Origin: an uncultured Acidobacteriaceae bacterium
GTDB lineage: Bacteria; Acidobacteriota; Terriglobia; Terriglobales; Acidobacteriaceae
Reading direction: 5' to 3'
DNA length: 64,000 bases
Assembly: GCA_963798005.1 (NCBI GenBank)
Contig: CAWCRZ010000020.1
Span: forward strand, 22,176-86,175
The position numbers and the translations under genes were made by a program. Each line of letters starts with the position of its first letter. The stretch's first letter is position 1. The notes below the pieces were generated by a model. The model saw only the letters and a list, made by a program, of their open reading frames with translations, had not been told where the DNA came from and did not search any database. Below, in pieces: positions 43,411 to 52,945 of this stretch.

Positions 43411-44860
43411 CTACCGAATTCCCACCTGCCCGCGCACGCTGTCGATGAGCTTCTTCGAATCGTAGCCCACGCCGTCCTTGAAGACCGTCTCCACGGCCTC
43501 AATGTCGGCAATCTTTTTCGACGGATCGCCCTTGATGAGCACCAGATCGGCCTGCTTCCCCGGCGCGATGCTGCCGATGTGGTCCTGCTGGCCAAGATAG
43601 GTGGCCCCGTTCAGCGTCATGATCCGGATGGCTTCGACCGGCGTGAAGCCCGCTTCCACCAGCAGCTCGACTTCCTTCTGGTCTCCGAAACCGGGCAGAA
43701 CGCCGCCGTTGCCGGTCGGATCGGGGCCGCCCAGCAGCAGGCCGCCGGCTTTGGAAAACGCAAACTCAAATTCCAGTTCCTTCTTGTACAAAGGGACGAT
43801 AGGCGAGTCCATCGGGATTTTGGCGCGGGCGATGAGGTAACTCCGCGCTGACTCCGCCGACATGGCATCCAGAACTCGCTGCTCCAGCTTGGGACGTCCG
43901 GGCAGAAACGCCTCGAACACCGGCAAGGTTGACGTGACGGCAACATGATGCGACACCAGATCGCGGATGAGCTCCTGCACCTGCGCTCCGTTGATTTCTA
44001 GCGCAGTCCAGCTCTTCGAGCCGCCCGGCGGACAGACGTCCGGCTTCTTGTCGGCAACGAAATCGGTGTCGGTGAAAACCGGGCCGTGCTCCAGGTCGTC
44101 GATGCCCAGCGCGATCGCTTCATGCCACGTCACCGAGCAGAGATGCCCGGTGAGCTTCGCGTGATGTGAATGTGCCTCCTCGATCGCGGTGCGCAATTCG
44201 TCGCGCGTGATGTTCATGTATGCCTTGTACGACGTCATGCCTTCGTCGGCCCAGTAGTCCACCAGGCGCTTCGCGTCCTCGGTCCCGGTCAGCTCATGCA
44301 TCTGCGCGAACAGCGTCGGCTTCCCTTCCAGATACGGAGCGGTCAGGTCGATCTTCGGACCGGGCATGAGGCCGGCATCGATGCGCTGCTTGATCTTGAG
44401 GTCGGTGTAGGGCTCCAACGCTTCCGGTGGTGCGCATAGTGGTAACGCCGGCGGCCAAATAGAGACGAGGCGCGGTGTACGGCAACTCCATGACGAACAG
44501 GCCCGGCTCGCCGAGACTGCCGTCCGCGCCACGCTGCACGGAAATCGAATCCGTGTAATACAGGTGGTCGTGCATGCCCACCAGCCCAGGAATGACGGTG
44601 TATCCGGTACGATCGAACTGCGTAGAAGTCTCGGGAAACTTGACTGTCCCGGACGCTCCAACCGCCTCGATCTTGCCATTCGCGATAACCACGGCCTGGT
44701 CTTCTTGCGCGGGCGCGCCGGTGCCATCGATCACGCGCACGTGGTTCAGCACGAAAGCAGGTGCGCTGATGCTTACGAACGGTGCAACGTCGCTGGCAGG
44801 CTGGCTCTGCGCCATAGCGACCGCGCTGAACAGAATGATCCACGCCATCCATCGGCTCAT
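43411..44860 (-). CDS. secreted amidohydrolase family protein, one frame break near 44415
   Basis: Signal peptide plus VRVIDGTGAP..IPGLVGMHDHLYY (44294..44860), continuing EPYTDLKIKQRIDAG...HLCSVTWHEA...GSIAPGKQADLVLIKGDP (43411..44727). Confidence 0.8.
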
Positions 44861-45051
44861 TCGGGAACCTCAATTGGGAGTGGAATGGATTATATAGAGA
44901 TGTCCGGGCGGGCACGGACGGTAGCTCGATCTCGGCGGTGATTGATTTCTTACTTTGGGTGCCCCACCCAGGCCGCTTTTGCTTGGGTGGAATCCTGCCA
45001 ACTCGTCGCTTGTATTCGATTGCGACCGAAAACTGAACCCCTACCAACTGA

Positions 45052-46333
45052 CTACGGCGTGATCTCCCACACTACCCCGCAACCCCCGGGGCAATAGGTC
45101 GAGCTGCCCCCCGCCGAAGCTGTGCCATAGAGATTGCCTTGCGCATCCATCACCACGTTGCTGTAAGGATTGGCGCCGTCGCTGCCATCGGTGAACTGGT
45201 GCAGGAGAGTGTAGGTCCAACCGCCGTTGTAGGGCGACAGCTTGAAGACCGAACCGAACGGATTGTTCTGACCTTTGGTTGTCCCGTAGAGATTGCCGGC
45301 AGCATCCATCATTAGCGGGGCCGCCGGTCCACCGTCGTGGGCCATGGGGAAGATATGCAGGATGGAATATGTCCACCCGCCGTTCGAGGGCGACAGCTCG
45401 AAGACCACGGCATCGCCGTTCAGTTCTCCATCCGTCGTGGACCCATACAGGTTGCCGGCGCTGTCAGAAATCAGCGTGGCATACGGCCTGGTACCGTCAC
45501 TTCCGAAGTCATGTATGACGGTCTCTGTCCAGCCATACTCTGATTTGGAAAGCTGAAAAACCACGCCATAGTAGGAAGGCCCACCGGTGAAGGTGGTTCC
45601 GTAGAGGTTGCCGGCCTGATCGGCAAACACGCCGCTGAAGGGCTCCTCGCCATCCTGGCCGTTACCGAAGCTATGGATGATCGTTTCCGTCCACTCGCCG
45701 CCGGCAGAAGGCGTCAGCTCAAACGCCGTACCCCAGTAGTAATAGTAGGTGCCCCCATCGATCGTGGTGCCGTAGAGATTTCCCGCTGAGTCGAACGCCA
45801 GCTTGCCCTCGGGAAAGTTGCCGTCGGGCGCTTGCTGGAAGCGATAGAGGACTTTCTCCGTCCACTGGCTGAATACCGAGGGTGGCCGTGTCGGTGACGG
45901 CTTAACGTTGAAGACGGTCCCGCAGGTGCCGCTGCCCTGACATCCCGCTGCCACGCCTCCCTGCAAGCGTGGTCCCGTAGAAGCTGCCGTCGGGGCCAAT
46001 GGTCAGCCCTCCAAAGGAAGGGTAGGCGCCGTCGCCGCTGAGCCAGCCCTGAAAATTGTAGAGCGGCTGGTAATACCAGCCCGAGCCGTGGGGCGCCATC
46101 TTAAACACCGTGCCACAGCCCTGGGTGTACTGGGTGCGACAGGGCCCGTTTCCTCCATACTCGGTGGTGCCGTAGAGATTTCCTGCATGGTCCATCACCA
46201 GACCGGCGTACGGATTGGCGCCGTCCTCACCCTGGCCGGTGAAATTGTGAATCACGCTGAAGGTCTGCGCCTCGGCAGCGCCCAGGGCCAGCACTATGGT
46301 CGCTAAGGCAACAATCGTCATCCGCAAAAGCAT
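45052..46333 (-). CDS. secreted GloVer-type tandem-repeat protein, one frame break near 45965
   Basis: The repeated units ..DG..P.a.L..DsaGNLYGTT..GG....G.VFeL.P....W.e..lh.F occur about 8 times. Signal peptide MLLRMTIVALATIVLALGAAEAQ. The start is uncertain (46333-46405). Confidence 0.75.
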
Positions 46334-46929
46334 TCCGAACCCGTCGTTGCGATCTCCAATTAGGCTTAACATGTCCAATCTCCTAACTCGTTTCGACAAA
46401 CTCACTGGCTCTTGGCGTTCGACTCGCCACTGTGGATCCAGAGGCGGTATGGGTCAGAATTTGCACCTCTGCCCGTGGCGAGTCAAATGAATTACACCTT
46501 ACGGTCTAAGTTGTTGTGTCCATGTGAGCATTGAAGAGGCCTTGCTAACGTCACGCACTGCTGTGACCGCCTTCACTGACAATGACGCGCGGAACGGTAC
46601 ACTGACGATGAGAGGCGTAGTGTCTCCATCCCCGGTGCGACGCGGGAAACTGCTCCCCCGAAGGCTGATGGTCTGAGGGCAGTCGCCAGACTGCAACCCG
46701 GTAGCTGGCAGATTGAGCCATGACGACCGCGAGTAATTCGTCCCGCCAAGCGGGTTTCCCCGCGCTCCTGCCTGCTGACCCTTCGCAAAATGGCAGCGCT
46801 AACTACCTGCGGCATAAGAAGATGCGTGCAACTCCTTGGCGTTCAATACGATGCGGAGAAAATGTTCGTAATCGCATGATTCTAAAGAACCAGCAAAAAG
46901 GAAGTGAGTGGTCAAATAGAATAGTCGCC

Positions 46930-47415
46930 ATGGAAACGACGCCAAACACTCCTGCCTTTCAACAGCCAACGGCCATGGAACGCGCCTTCAACCGGTGCTT
47001 CGGGTTCCTGGTCGGACTCGGACTCGGGATGAAACACAACTACCTGCTACAGGTGCGCGGCCGCAAGAGTGGAAAACTCTACTCGACCCCCATCGACCTG
47101 CTGGAGTTGGACGGTAAGCGCTTTCTGGTCGCTCCTCGGGGTCGGACGCAATGGGTGCGTAACGGCGAAGCAGCCGGCGAGGTTACGTTGAAGAAAGCCA
47201 GTTTCCGCCGGAGCTTTCAGTTGCGCGCGATTCCAGACGCGGAGAAACCGCCTTTGTTGAAAGCTTATCTGGATCGCTTCAAAACGACGGTGCAGCGGTA
47301 CTTCCCTATTCCGGCGGGTTCGGATGTGCAAGCGTTCGAGAGTATTGCGGCAAACTATCCAGTGTTCGAGCTAATCGTTGCCGCTAGTTCCAGTGCGGAA
47401 GGGAAAGCGACGTAG
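46930..47415 (+). CDS. nitroreductase-family deazaflavin-dependent oxidoreductase-like (DUF385) protein
   Basis: LLQVRGRKSGKLYSTPIDLLELDGKRFLVAPRGRTQWVRNGEAAGEVTL fits the family core. The ATG at 46930 is preferred over the track start at 46720. Confidence 0.6.
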   Translation: METTPNTPAFQQPTAMERAFNRCFGFLVGLGLGMKHNYLLQVRGRKSGKLYSTPIDLLELDGKRFLVAPRGRTQWVRNGEAAGEVTLKKASFRRSFQLRAIPDAEKPPLLKAYLDRFKTTVQRYFPIPAGSDVQAFESIAANYPVFELIVAASSSAEGKAT

Positions 47416-47418
47416 GTG

Positions 47419-48615
47419 CTAATTTCCAGTTCCCCCCGGATTGGCTGCGTAATCGTCGCTACGCTTCGACAGCGTAGGACGATCGTCGTCCGGTTGGTTC
47501 GACGGCTGCCCGTTTTGCCCGGCGGTGCTGTCGGCAGTGGTCTTGCGCAGCGTGGGTTTATCGATGTCCTGGGCCTGGATCATCTTCTTACGGTTTTCCA
47601 GCGTTGCCAAGCGCGCCTTCACCTCGTTGAACTCCGATGTATTGACGATGTATTCCGGGCGGGCCGGAAGAATGTTGCGAATCTCTTCCTGGCTCTTCTC
47701 GATTCGATCCGGAGTCTGGGGATGCGTAGCAAAGGCCTTGGCCAGCGTCCCGGGCTTTGTCTTCTCCTGCGCCTTGATCTTCTCGAAGAAGGAGATGAAC
47801 GCCTGGGGATCGTAGCCTGCCTTATACATGTACTGCAACCCAAGGTAGTCAGCCTCGGCCTCGAAGCCGCGCGAGAACTTCAGGAAGGTGAGGGGCAGCG
47901 CGATATTGATGGCCATGCTGGCCGCTTCATAAATGCCCCAGTTCCCCACGAAGATCAGCGGAATGGTAGCCATTTGGGCGTAGTTGGCGCGGGTCTGCTC
48001 GCGAGTGGCGTGGCGGGCCGCAACGTGCGCGATCTCGTGCGCCATCACGCCGGCCAACTCAGCCTCGTCGTCGGCCGCAAGGATGAGGCCGCTGTTCACG
48101 TAAAAGAATCCGCCCGGCAAAGCAAACGCGTTGATGTCGTCGGAGTCGATGACCTTGATCGTAAACGGCACCCTGGCATCGGAGTTGCGCACCAGGTTTT
48201 GGCCGATCCGGTTCACATACTCGGTCACGATCGGGTCCTTCACCATGCGGGCGCTGGATTCCACCATCATGGCGTACTGTTTGCCCATCTTGATCTCGCT
48301 GTCGTACGAGTACCAGTCGCCAATGCCTTTGCCCGAGCCCGGCTTGCTGACGTTGCGGTTGCCGATATCGTCAATGTCGTTCTTGCCCTTGTCGTGTGTC
48401 GCCTTGGGCGCATCCCCCGGCGTCGCGATGGCCGCAGCAGCGTCGGCAGGCGCGGTGGAGCTTTGGGTTGGAGAAGGCTGGCCCTGATCGGGCGAAGCAG
48501 CTGGCGCTTGCACGGGCGGTGTCTGCGATTGCGAGCTGTCCTGGGCAACCGCGGGCAGGGCGAGGCAGACACTCAGCAGAATTGCGTTTACAACTGCGAG
48601 AGCGCGCGACTTCAT
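47419..48615 (-). CDS. secreted M48-family zinc metalloprotease
   Basis: Signal peptide MKSRALAVVNAILLSVCLALPAVAQ; HEIAHVAARH (HExxH) and a downstream EAEADYLG third-ligand region. The upstream 130 codons of the track ORF are unlikely to be coding. Confidence 0.85.
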   Translation of the reverse strand: MKSRALAVVNAILLSVCLALPAVAQDSSQSQTPPVQAPAASPDQGQPSPTQSSTAPADAAAAIATPGDAPKATHDKGKNDIDDIGNRNVSKPGSGKGIGDWYSYDSEIKMGKQYAMMVESSARMVKDPIVTEYVNRIGQNLVRNSDARVPFTIKVIDSDDINAFALPGGFFYVNSGLILAADDEAELAGVMAHEIAHVAARHATREQTRANYAQMATIPLIFVGNWGIYEAASMAINIALPLTFLKFSRGFEAEADYLGLQYMYKAGYDPQAFISFFEKIKAQEKTKPGTLAKAFATHPQTPDRIEKSQEEIRNILPARPEYIVNTSEFNEVKARLATLENRKKMIQAQDIDKPTLRKTTADSTAGQNGQPSNQPDDDRPTLSKRSDDYAANPGGTGN

Positions 48616-49160
48616 GGGAAACTCCAGTGCCTTGCGCTGAACCCACCTAGCTGGGGTGTATCTGCGCACATTATATGCTTGCAGCGGCTTTGTGGCGCGC
48701 CGGATTTCCTTTTTTCCGGCCGGACACAAATATTTTGCAATTCGGCGCGGGGAGCTGAACTTGCCGTCGGTTAGAACGGGCAGTTCGTCCCCATCGGGAG
48801 GGCGGCGTGTCAACAGCCACGTCAACGGACACCAGCAAGGCGACGCGGCGAGTTGCGATCGAGGAATTTGTCGCCGGGCTGCCCAGGCTCCGCGAGGAAG
48901 ACTTTGTTGGAGGGAGCGGCGCTTCGGCGTACATGACGGCAAATCCGTCTCAATCCCGGTGCATGACGTCAGTGGAGCAAGGCAGTTGCGGGGAGATCGG
49001 GCTGAACTATACGTCAATGTACCTCAAGCTGACATAACTCTGCCTCAGTCCTAAAATTCGGCCGCAGGTTCGACCCCCGCACTGTGCGCCAGATCACAAA
49101 GGAGGCCTTGTCCCGCACAGTATAATTTTGAGGTTCGCTACCTCCCTTCGAGCAGGACCT

Positions 49161-50672
49161 ATGACTATCATCAAGCAAGACGATCTCATCCAGAGCGTTG
49201 CCGACGCCCTGCAATATATTTCCTACTACCACCCGCCGGATTTCATTCGCAGCATGGCGAAAGCCTACGAGAAGGAGCAGTCGCCCGCGGCGCGCGACGC
49301 CATGGCGCAAATCCTGATCAACTCGCGCATGTGCGCGGAAGGCCATCGGCCCATCTGCCAGGATACGGGCATTGTGACGGTGTTCCTCAAGGTCGGCATG
49401 AACGTCCGTTGGGACGCAACCATGTCGGTCGACGACATGGTGAACGAAGGCGTACGCCGGGCTTATCTGCACGAGGACAACAAGCTGCGTGCCAGCGTGC
49501 TTGCCGACCCTGCGGGGGCACGCAAGAACACCAAAGACAATACTCCCGCGGTCGTGAACATGACGATTGTCCCCGGCGACACCCTCGAAGTCATTGTCGC
49601 GGCCAAAGGCGGCGGCTCGGAAGCGAAGTCGAAATTCGCCATGCTCAATCCGACCGACTCCATCGAAGAGTGGGTATTGAAAACCGTTCCCACGATGGGC
49701 GCGGGCTGGTGTCCTCCGGGCATCCTCGGCATCGGCATTGGCGGTACCGCGGAAAAGGCAATGCTGATGGCGAAAGAAGCCCTGATGGAGCCCATCGACA
49801 TTCAGGAGCTGATAACTCGAGGCCCGAAAGGCACCGCTGAGGAACTGCGCGTTGAGTTATACAAGAAGATCAACGCTCTCGGAATCGGAGCGCAAGGACT
49901 CGGCGGACTGACCACGGTTCTCGATGTCAAGGTGAAGGATTATCCGACCCATGCGGCGAATCTTCCGGTTGCCATGGTTCCCAACTGCGCCGCCACACGC
50001 CACGCGCACTTTGTGCTGGATGGTTCCGGCCCTGTCGCGCTGGAACCGCCTTCGCTCGACGACTGGCCGCAGTTGACCTACGATCCGGTGGGCGCGCGGC
50101 GAGTGAATCTCGACACCGTAACCCGCGCGGACGTGGCGAGCTGGAAGATCGGCGAAGTTCTGTTGCTGAGCGGCAAGCTGCTCACCGGCCGCGATGCCGC
50201 GCACAAGCGCATGACCGATAAACTCAGCAAAGGCGAGTCGCTCCCAGTGGACTTCACTGACCGCTTCATCTATTACGTTGGACCTGTGGATCCAGTGCGC
50301 GATGAAGTCATGGGACCAGCCGGTCCTACAACCGCAACCCGGATGGACAAGTTCACCCGCCAGATGCTGAAGGAGACCGGGCTGCTCGGCATGATCGGCA
50401 AGTCGGAACGCGGTCCGGCCGCAATTGAGGCCATCCGCGACCACAAGGCGGTGTATCTGATGGCTGTCGGCGGCGCAGCTTATCTCGTGTCGAAGGCCAT
50501 CAAGAAGTCTCGCGTACTCGCCTTCCACGATCTCGGCATGGAAGCCATCTACGAGTTCGAGGTGCAGGACATGCCGGTGACCGTCGCGGTGGATTCTCAA
50601 GGCAACTCCGTGCACGAGAGCGGCCCGAAGGAGTGGCAAGCCAGGATCGCGGAACTGGTGGAGATCGGATAG
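49161..50672 (+). CDS. class I (Fe-S) fumarate hydratase, fused alpha/beta type
   Basis: MTIIKQDDLIQSVADALQYISYYHPPDF...RPICQDTGIVTVFLKVG...GGGSEAKSKF...NCAATRHAHF. The C-terminal beta-domain is present and the frame is intact. Confidence 0.9.
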   Translation: MTIIKQDDLIQSVADALQYISYYHPPDFIRSMAKAYEKEQSPAARDAMAQILINSRMCAEGHRPICQDTGIVTVFLKVGMNVRWDATMSVDDMVNEGVRRAYLHEDNKLRASVLADPAGARKNTKDNTPAVVNMTIVPGDTLEVIVAAKGGGSEAKSKFAMLNPTDSIEEWVLKTVPTMGAGWCPPGILGIGIGGTAEKAMLMAKEALMEPIDIQELITRGPKGTAEELRVELYKKINALGIGAQGLGGLTTVLDVKVKDYPTHAANLPVAMVPNCAATRHAHFVLDGSGPVALEPPSLDDWPQLTYDPVGARRVNLDTVTRADVASWKIGEVLLLSGKLLTGRDAAHKRMTDKLSKGESLPVDFTDRFIYYVGPVDPVRDEVMGPAGPTTATRMDKFTRQMLKETGLLGMIGKSERGPAAIEAIRDHKAVYLMAVGGAAYLVSKAIKKSRVLAFHDLGMEAIYEFEVQDMPVTVAVDSQGNSVHESGPKEWQARIAELVEIG

Positions 50673-50692
50673 CGACTCATCTGCTTATCCAA

Positions 50693-50721
50693 GGCCGCCG
50701 ACTCCAACGTCGGCGGCTTTC
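50693..50721 (+). terminator. rho-independent terminator of the fumarase gene
   Basis: GGCCGCCGAC-TCCAAC-GTCGGCGGC followed by TTTCC, 21 nt after the stop. Confidence 0.6.
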
Positions 50722-50781
50722 CATTGCCTGTGCTAATCTCAGCGCGGGCACGCCGTTCATTTCCGTTCTCCCCCAGGGTGA

Positions 50782-52857
50782 TTGCGTTTGACAGAAGGCA
50801 CCACACAACAGATAACTCCGGGCACAGAAGCCCCCAAGCTCGGCCCTTCTTCGCAACTGCGGCAGATTTGCGGCAAGCGCTTGAGGCGTTCTGCGACGCG
50901 GCTCACTTTGCGCAAGCGCCGTAACAGCTTTGTTCAGATCGTCCGCTGGACACGCGCAGGCCGGCGCAAGGGAATGGAACCGCCGCGCCTCCTCGTTCTG
51001 GTCCAGTCCCTCGAGAGCGATGACAACTTGCGCCAACGGGTCCAGCAAGCCTTTGGGCAGATGCTCGCCGAACTTGATTCGCTTTCGCTCTTCGCTGAAA
51101 CCGGCCTGCCGTCCGTTCATCCGTTTACCACCGAGATCATTCAGCGTCTGGTTGCGAAGCTCATACCTTCCGCTCGCGAAGACGACGATGCCAGCAAATT
51201 GCTGATCGACCTGTACTCCACTGAGAAGTATGCGAAGCAATTCGAGGCGCTTTCGCCTGAGCTGTTTCAGCGCATGGCTAGAGTACTCACGCCCGACGAC
51301 CGGCCAGAGTTCTGGCAGCGTCAGGATCGCGATCTGGAAGAAGCCATGCGCCTTCTGGCGGCCCGAATAAGCGGCCTGGGCCTGTCGCCGGAGATGCGTA
51401 CCCGCTCGGCTTCTTCGGGCATCGCTCATTCTCCGTTCTACGAGCTGGTGCTGAAGACCGAAGAGTTGATCGCATCCAGTTCTTCGGAGACGACTGTGGC
51501 CACGGTCGATGCCTGGAAGCAGGTGGTCGCCCGTTGCCGCGCCGAGATGGAAGTGGTTTATGAGCACATGGAGTCGGCCGGCATCAGCGTCGAGCTGGTC
51601 TTCGACCTTAAGACCATTCAGGCCTGCACCGTCAGGATGGAGGCCATTGCCAAGGTCCTGAGTGCAACCGAACCGCCCTCGCTTCTGGCGGCAATTCAAG
51701 CGTTGCTGGGACGGCTGATTGAGGGCAACATTGCCGACAAGCAGGTCTCCTCGTTGCTGCGCGAGAACCTTAACCTGCTGGCCCGCAAAGTTGTGGACCG
51801 CACCGGCGACACCGGCGAGCACTACATCGCCTACAGCAAACCTGAGTATTGGCTCATGTGGCGGGCTGCGATCGGCGGCGGACTGCTGACCGTGTTCACC
51901 GCCGCGTTGAAGTTGCGCATCATCGAAGCTCATCTGCCGCCCTTCGTCGAAGGCTTCGCCAGCGGGACCAACTACGCGGTCAGTTTTGTGTTGCTGCAAG
52001 TCTTCGGACTGGTGCTGGCAACCAAGCAGCCGGCGACCACCGCGGCCGCGTTCGCCAGGATCATCCGCGACAATCGGGGACCGCAACGTTCGAGCAAGCT
52101 CACCGGATTTGTCGCTCGCATTACCAGCACCCAGTTGGCTGCGGCCATCGGCAACGTCGTGGCCGTGTCGGCGGGCGCGGTGCTGTTCGAAATGCTGTGG
52201 AGAGTGATCTTCCGCGAGTCCTACCTGCCGGAGTTGAGTGCAACCCACGTGTATGACACGCTGAATCCGTTCGCCTCGGGCACGGCGCTCTACGCCATCG
52301 AAACCGGGGTCATCTTGTGGCTGGCCGCTCTGGCCGGCAGTTGGATCGAGAATGCCGCGGTTTATTACCGCTTGGCCGAAGCGGTCGCACAGCATCCGCT
52401 CGGCTCACGGATCGGTGAGGGCTTTTCCCGGAAGATGTCGCGCGTCGTCAAGCACAACATTGGAGGGTGGGCGACCAGCATTGTGCTGGGGTATCTGCTG
52501 GGCTTTGCGCCGGTGCTGGGAGAATTCTTCGGCCTGCCCATCGACATACGCCACGTCACACTTTCCAGCGGCACGCTGGCGTTGGCGGCGGCACGCTTTG
52601 GCACTCATAGCTTGGGCGATCGATGGTTTTATCACGCTGTCGTGGGCATCGGCGTAATCTTCGTGCTGAACCTGTTCGTGAGTTTCACCATTGCCGCCTA
52701 TGTTGCGCTTCGCGCCTACGACGTCGGCGCCCGTGAGCAGTGGACCATTCTTCGCTCGCTGATCGTTGGCGCCGTACGGTCGCCGCTGCGTTTCATCGTG
52801 CCGGTGTACGACGAAGATCAGCCTCCGACGCAGGAAATACAAAGCGAACCGTCGTGA
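50782..52857 (+). CDS. integral membrane protein of the so-called site-specific recombinase (Gcr-like, PF10136-type) family
   Basis: LSLFAETGLPSVHPFTTEIIQRLVAKLIPSAREDDDASKLLIDLYSTEKYAKQFEALSPELFQRM plus multiple C-terminal transmembrane helices resemble that family (from memory). The N-terminus is uncertain: an ATG is at 50974, and a possible frame break near 50915 would join the 50724..50924 frame. Confidence 0.5.
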   Translation: MRLTEGTTQQITPGTEAPKLGPSSQLRQICGKRLRRSATRLTLRKRRNSFVQIVRWTRAGRRKGMEPPRLLVLVQSLESDDNLRQRVQQAFGQMLAELDSLSLFAETGLPSVHPFTTEIIQRLVAKLIPSAREDDDASKLLIDLYSTEKYAKQFEALSPELFQRMARVLTPDDRPEFWQRQDRDLEEAMRLLAARISGLGLSPEMRTRSASSGIAHSPFYELVLKTEELIASSSSETTVATVDAWKQVVARCRAEMEVVYEHMESAGISVELVFDLKTIQACTVRMEAIAKVLSATEPPSLLAAIQALLGRLIEGNIADKQVSSLLRENLNLLARKVVDRTGDTGEHYIAYSKPEYWLMWRAAIGGGLLTVFTAALKLRIIEAHLPPFVEGFASGTNYAVSFVLLQVFGLVLATKQPATTAAAFARIIRDNRGPQRSSKLTGFVARITSTQLAAAIGNVVAVSAGAVLFEMLWRVIFRESYLPELSATHVYDTLNPFASGTALYAIETGVILWLAALAGSWIENAAVYYRLAEAVAQHPLGSRIGEGFSRKMSRVVKHNIGGWATSIVLGYLLGFAPVLGEFFGLPIDIRHVTLSSGTLALAAARFGTHSLGDRWFYHAVVGIGVIFVLNLFVSFTIAAYVALRAYDVGAREQWTILRSLIVGAVRSPLRFIVPVYDEDQPPTQEIQSEPS

Positions 52858-52945
52858 CCGTAATCGCCTTCGCTTGGGCGAGACGCTCGTCAAGCGTGAA
52901 GCGCGGCCGCGCTGACGATCATCTCTTGTTGTAGAGGATGGGCTC

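Noticed and set aside
49015-49091. Complete tRNA gene
   Set aside because: Only the T-arm, acceptor 3' strand and CCA fit. The upstream 50 nt cannot form anticodon or D arms, and there is no complementary 5' acceptor strand.
50677-52395. 572-aa ORF on the minus strand
   Set aside because: Antisense to the membrane-protein gene 50782..52857. Its Arg/Gly-rich low-complexity composition contrasts with the plus-frame product, which has coherent transmembrane helices and family-like motifs.
50782-52857. Mobile element, based on the family name site-specific recombinase
   Set aside because: The protein is polytopic membrane-embedded, has no recognisable Tyr/Ser recombinase motifs, and is not flanked by terminal repeats or cargo. 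The name is historical.
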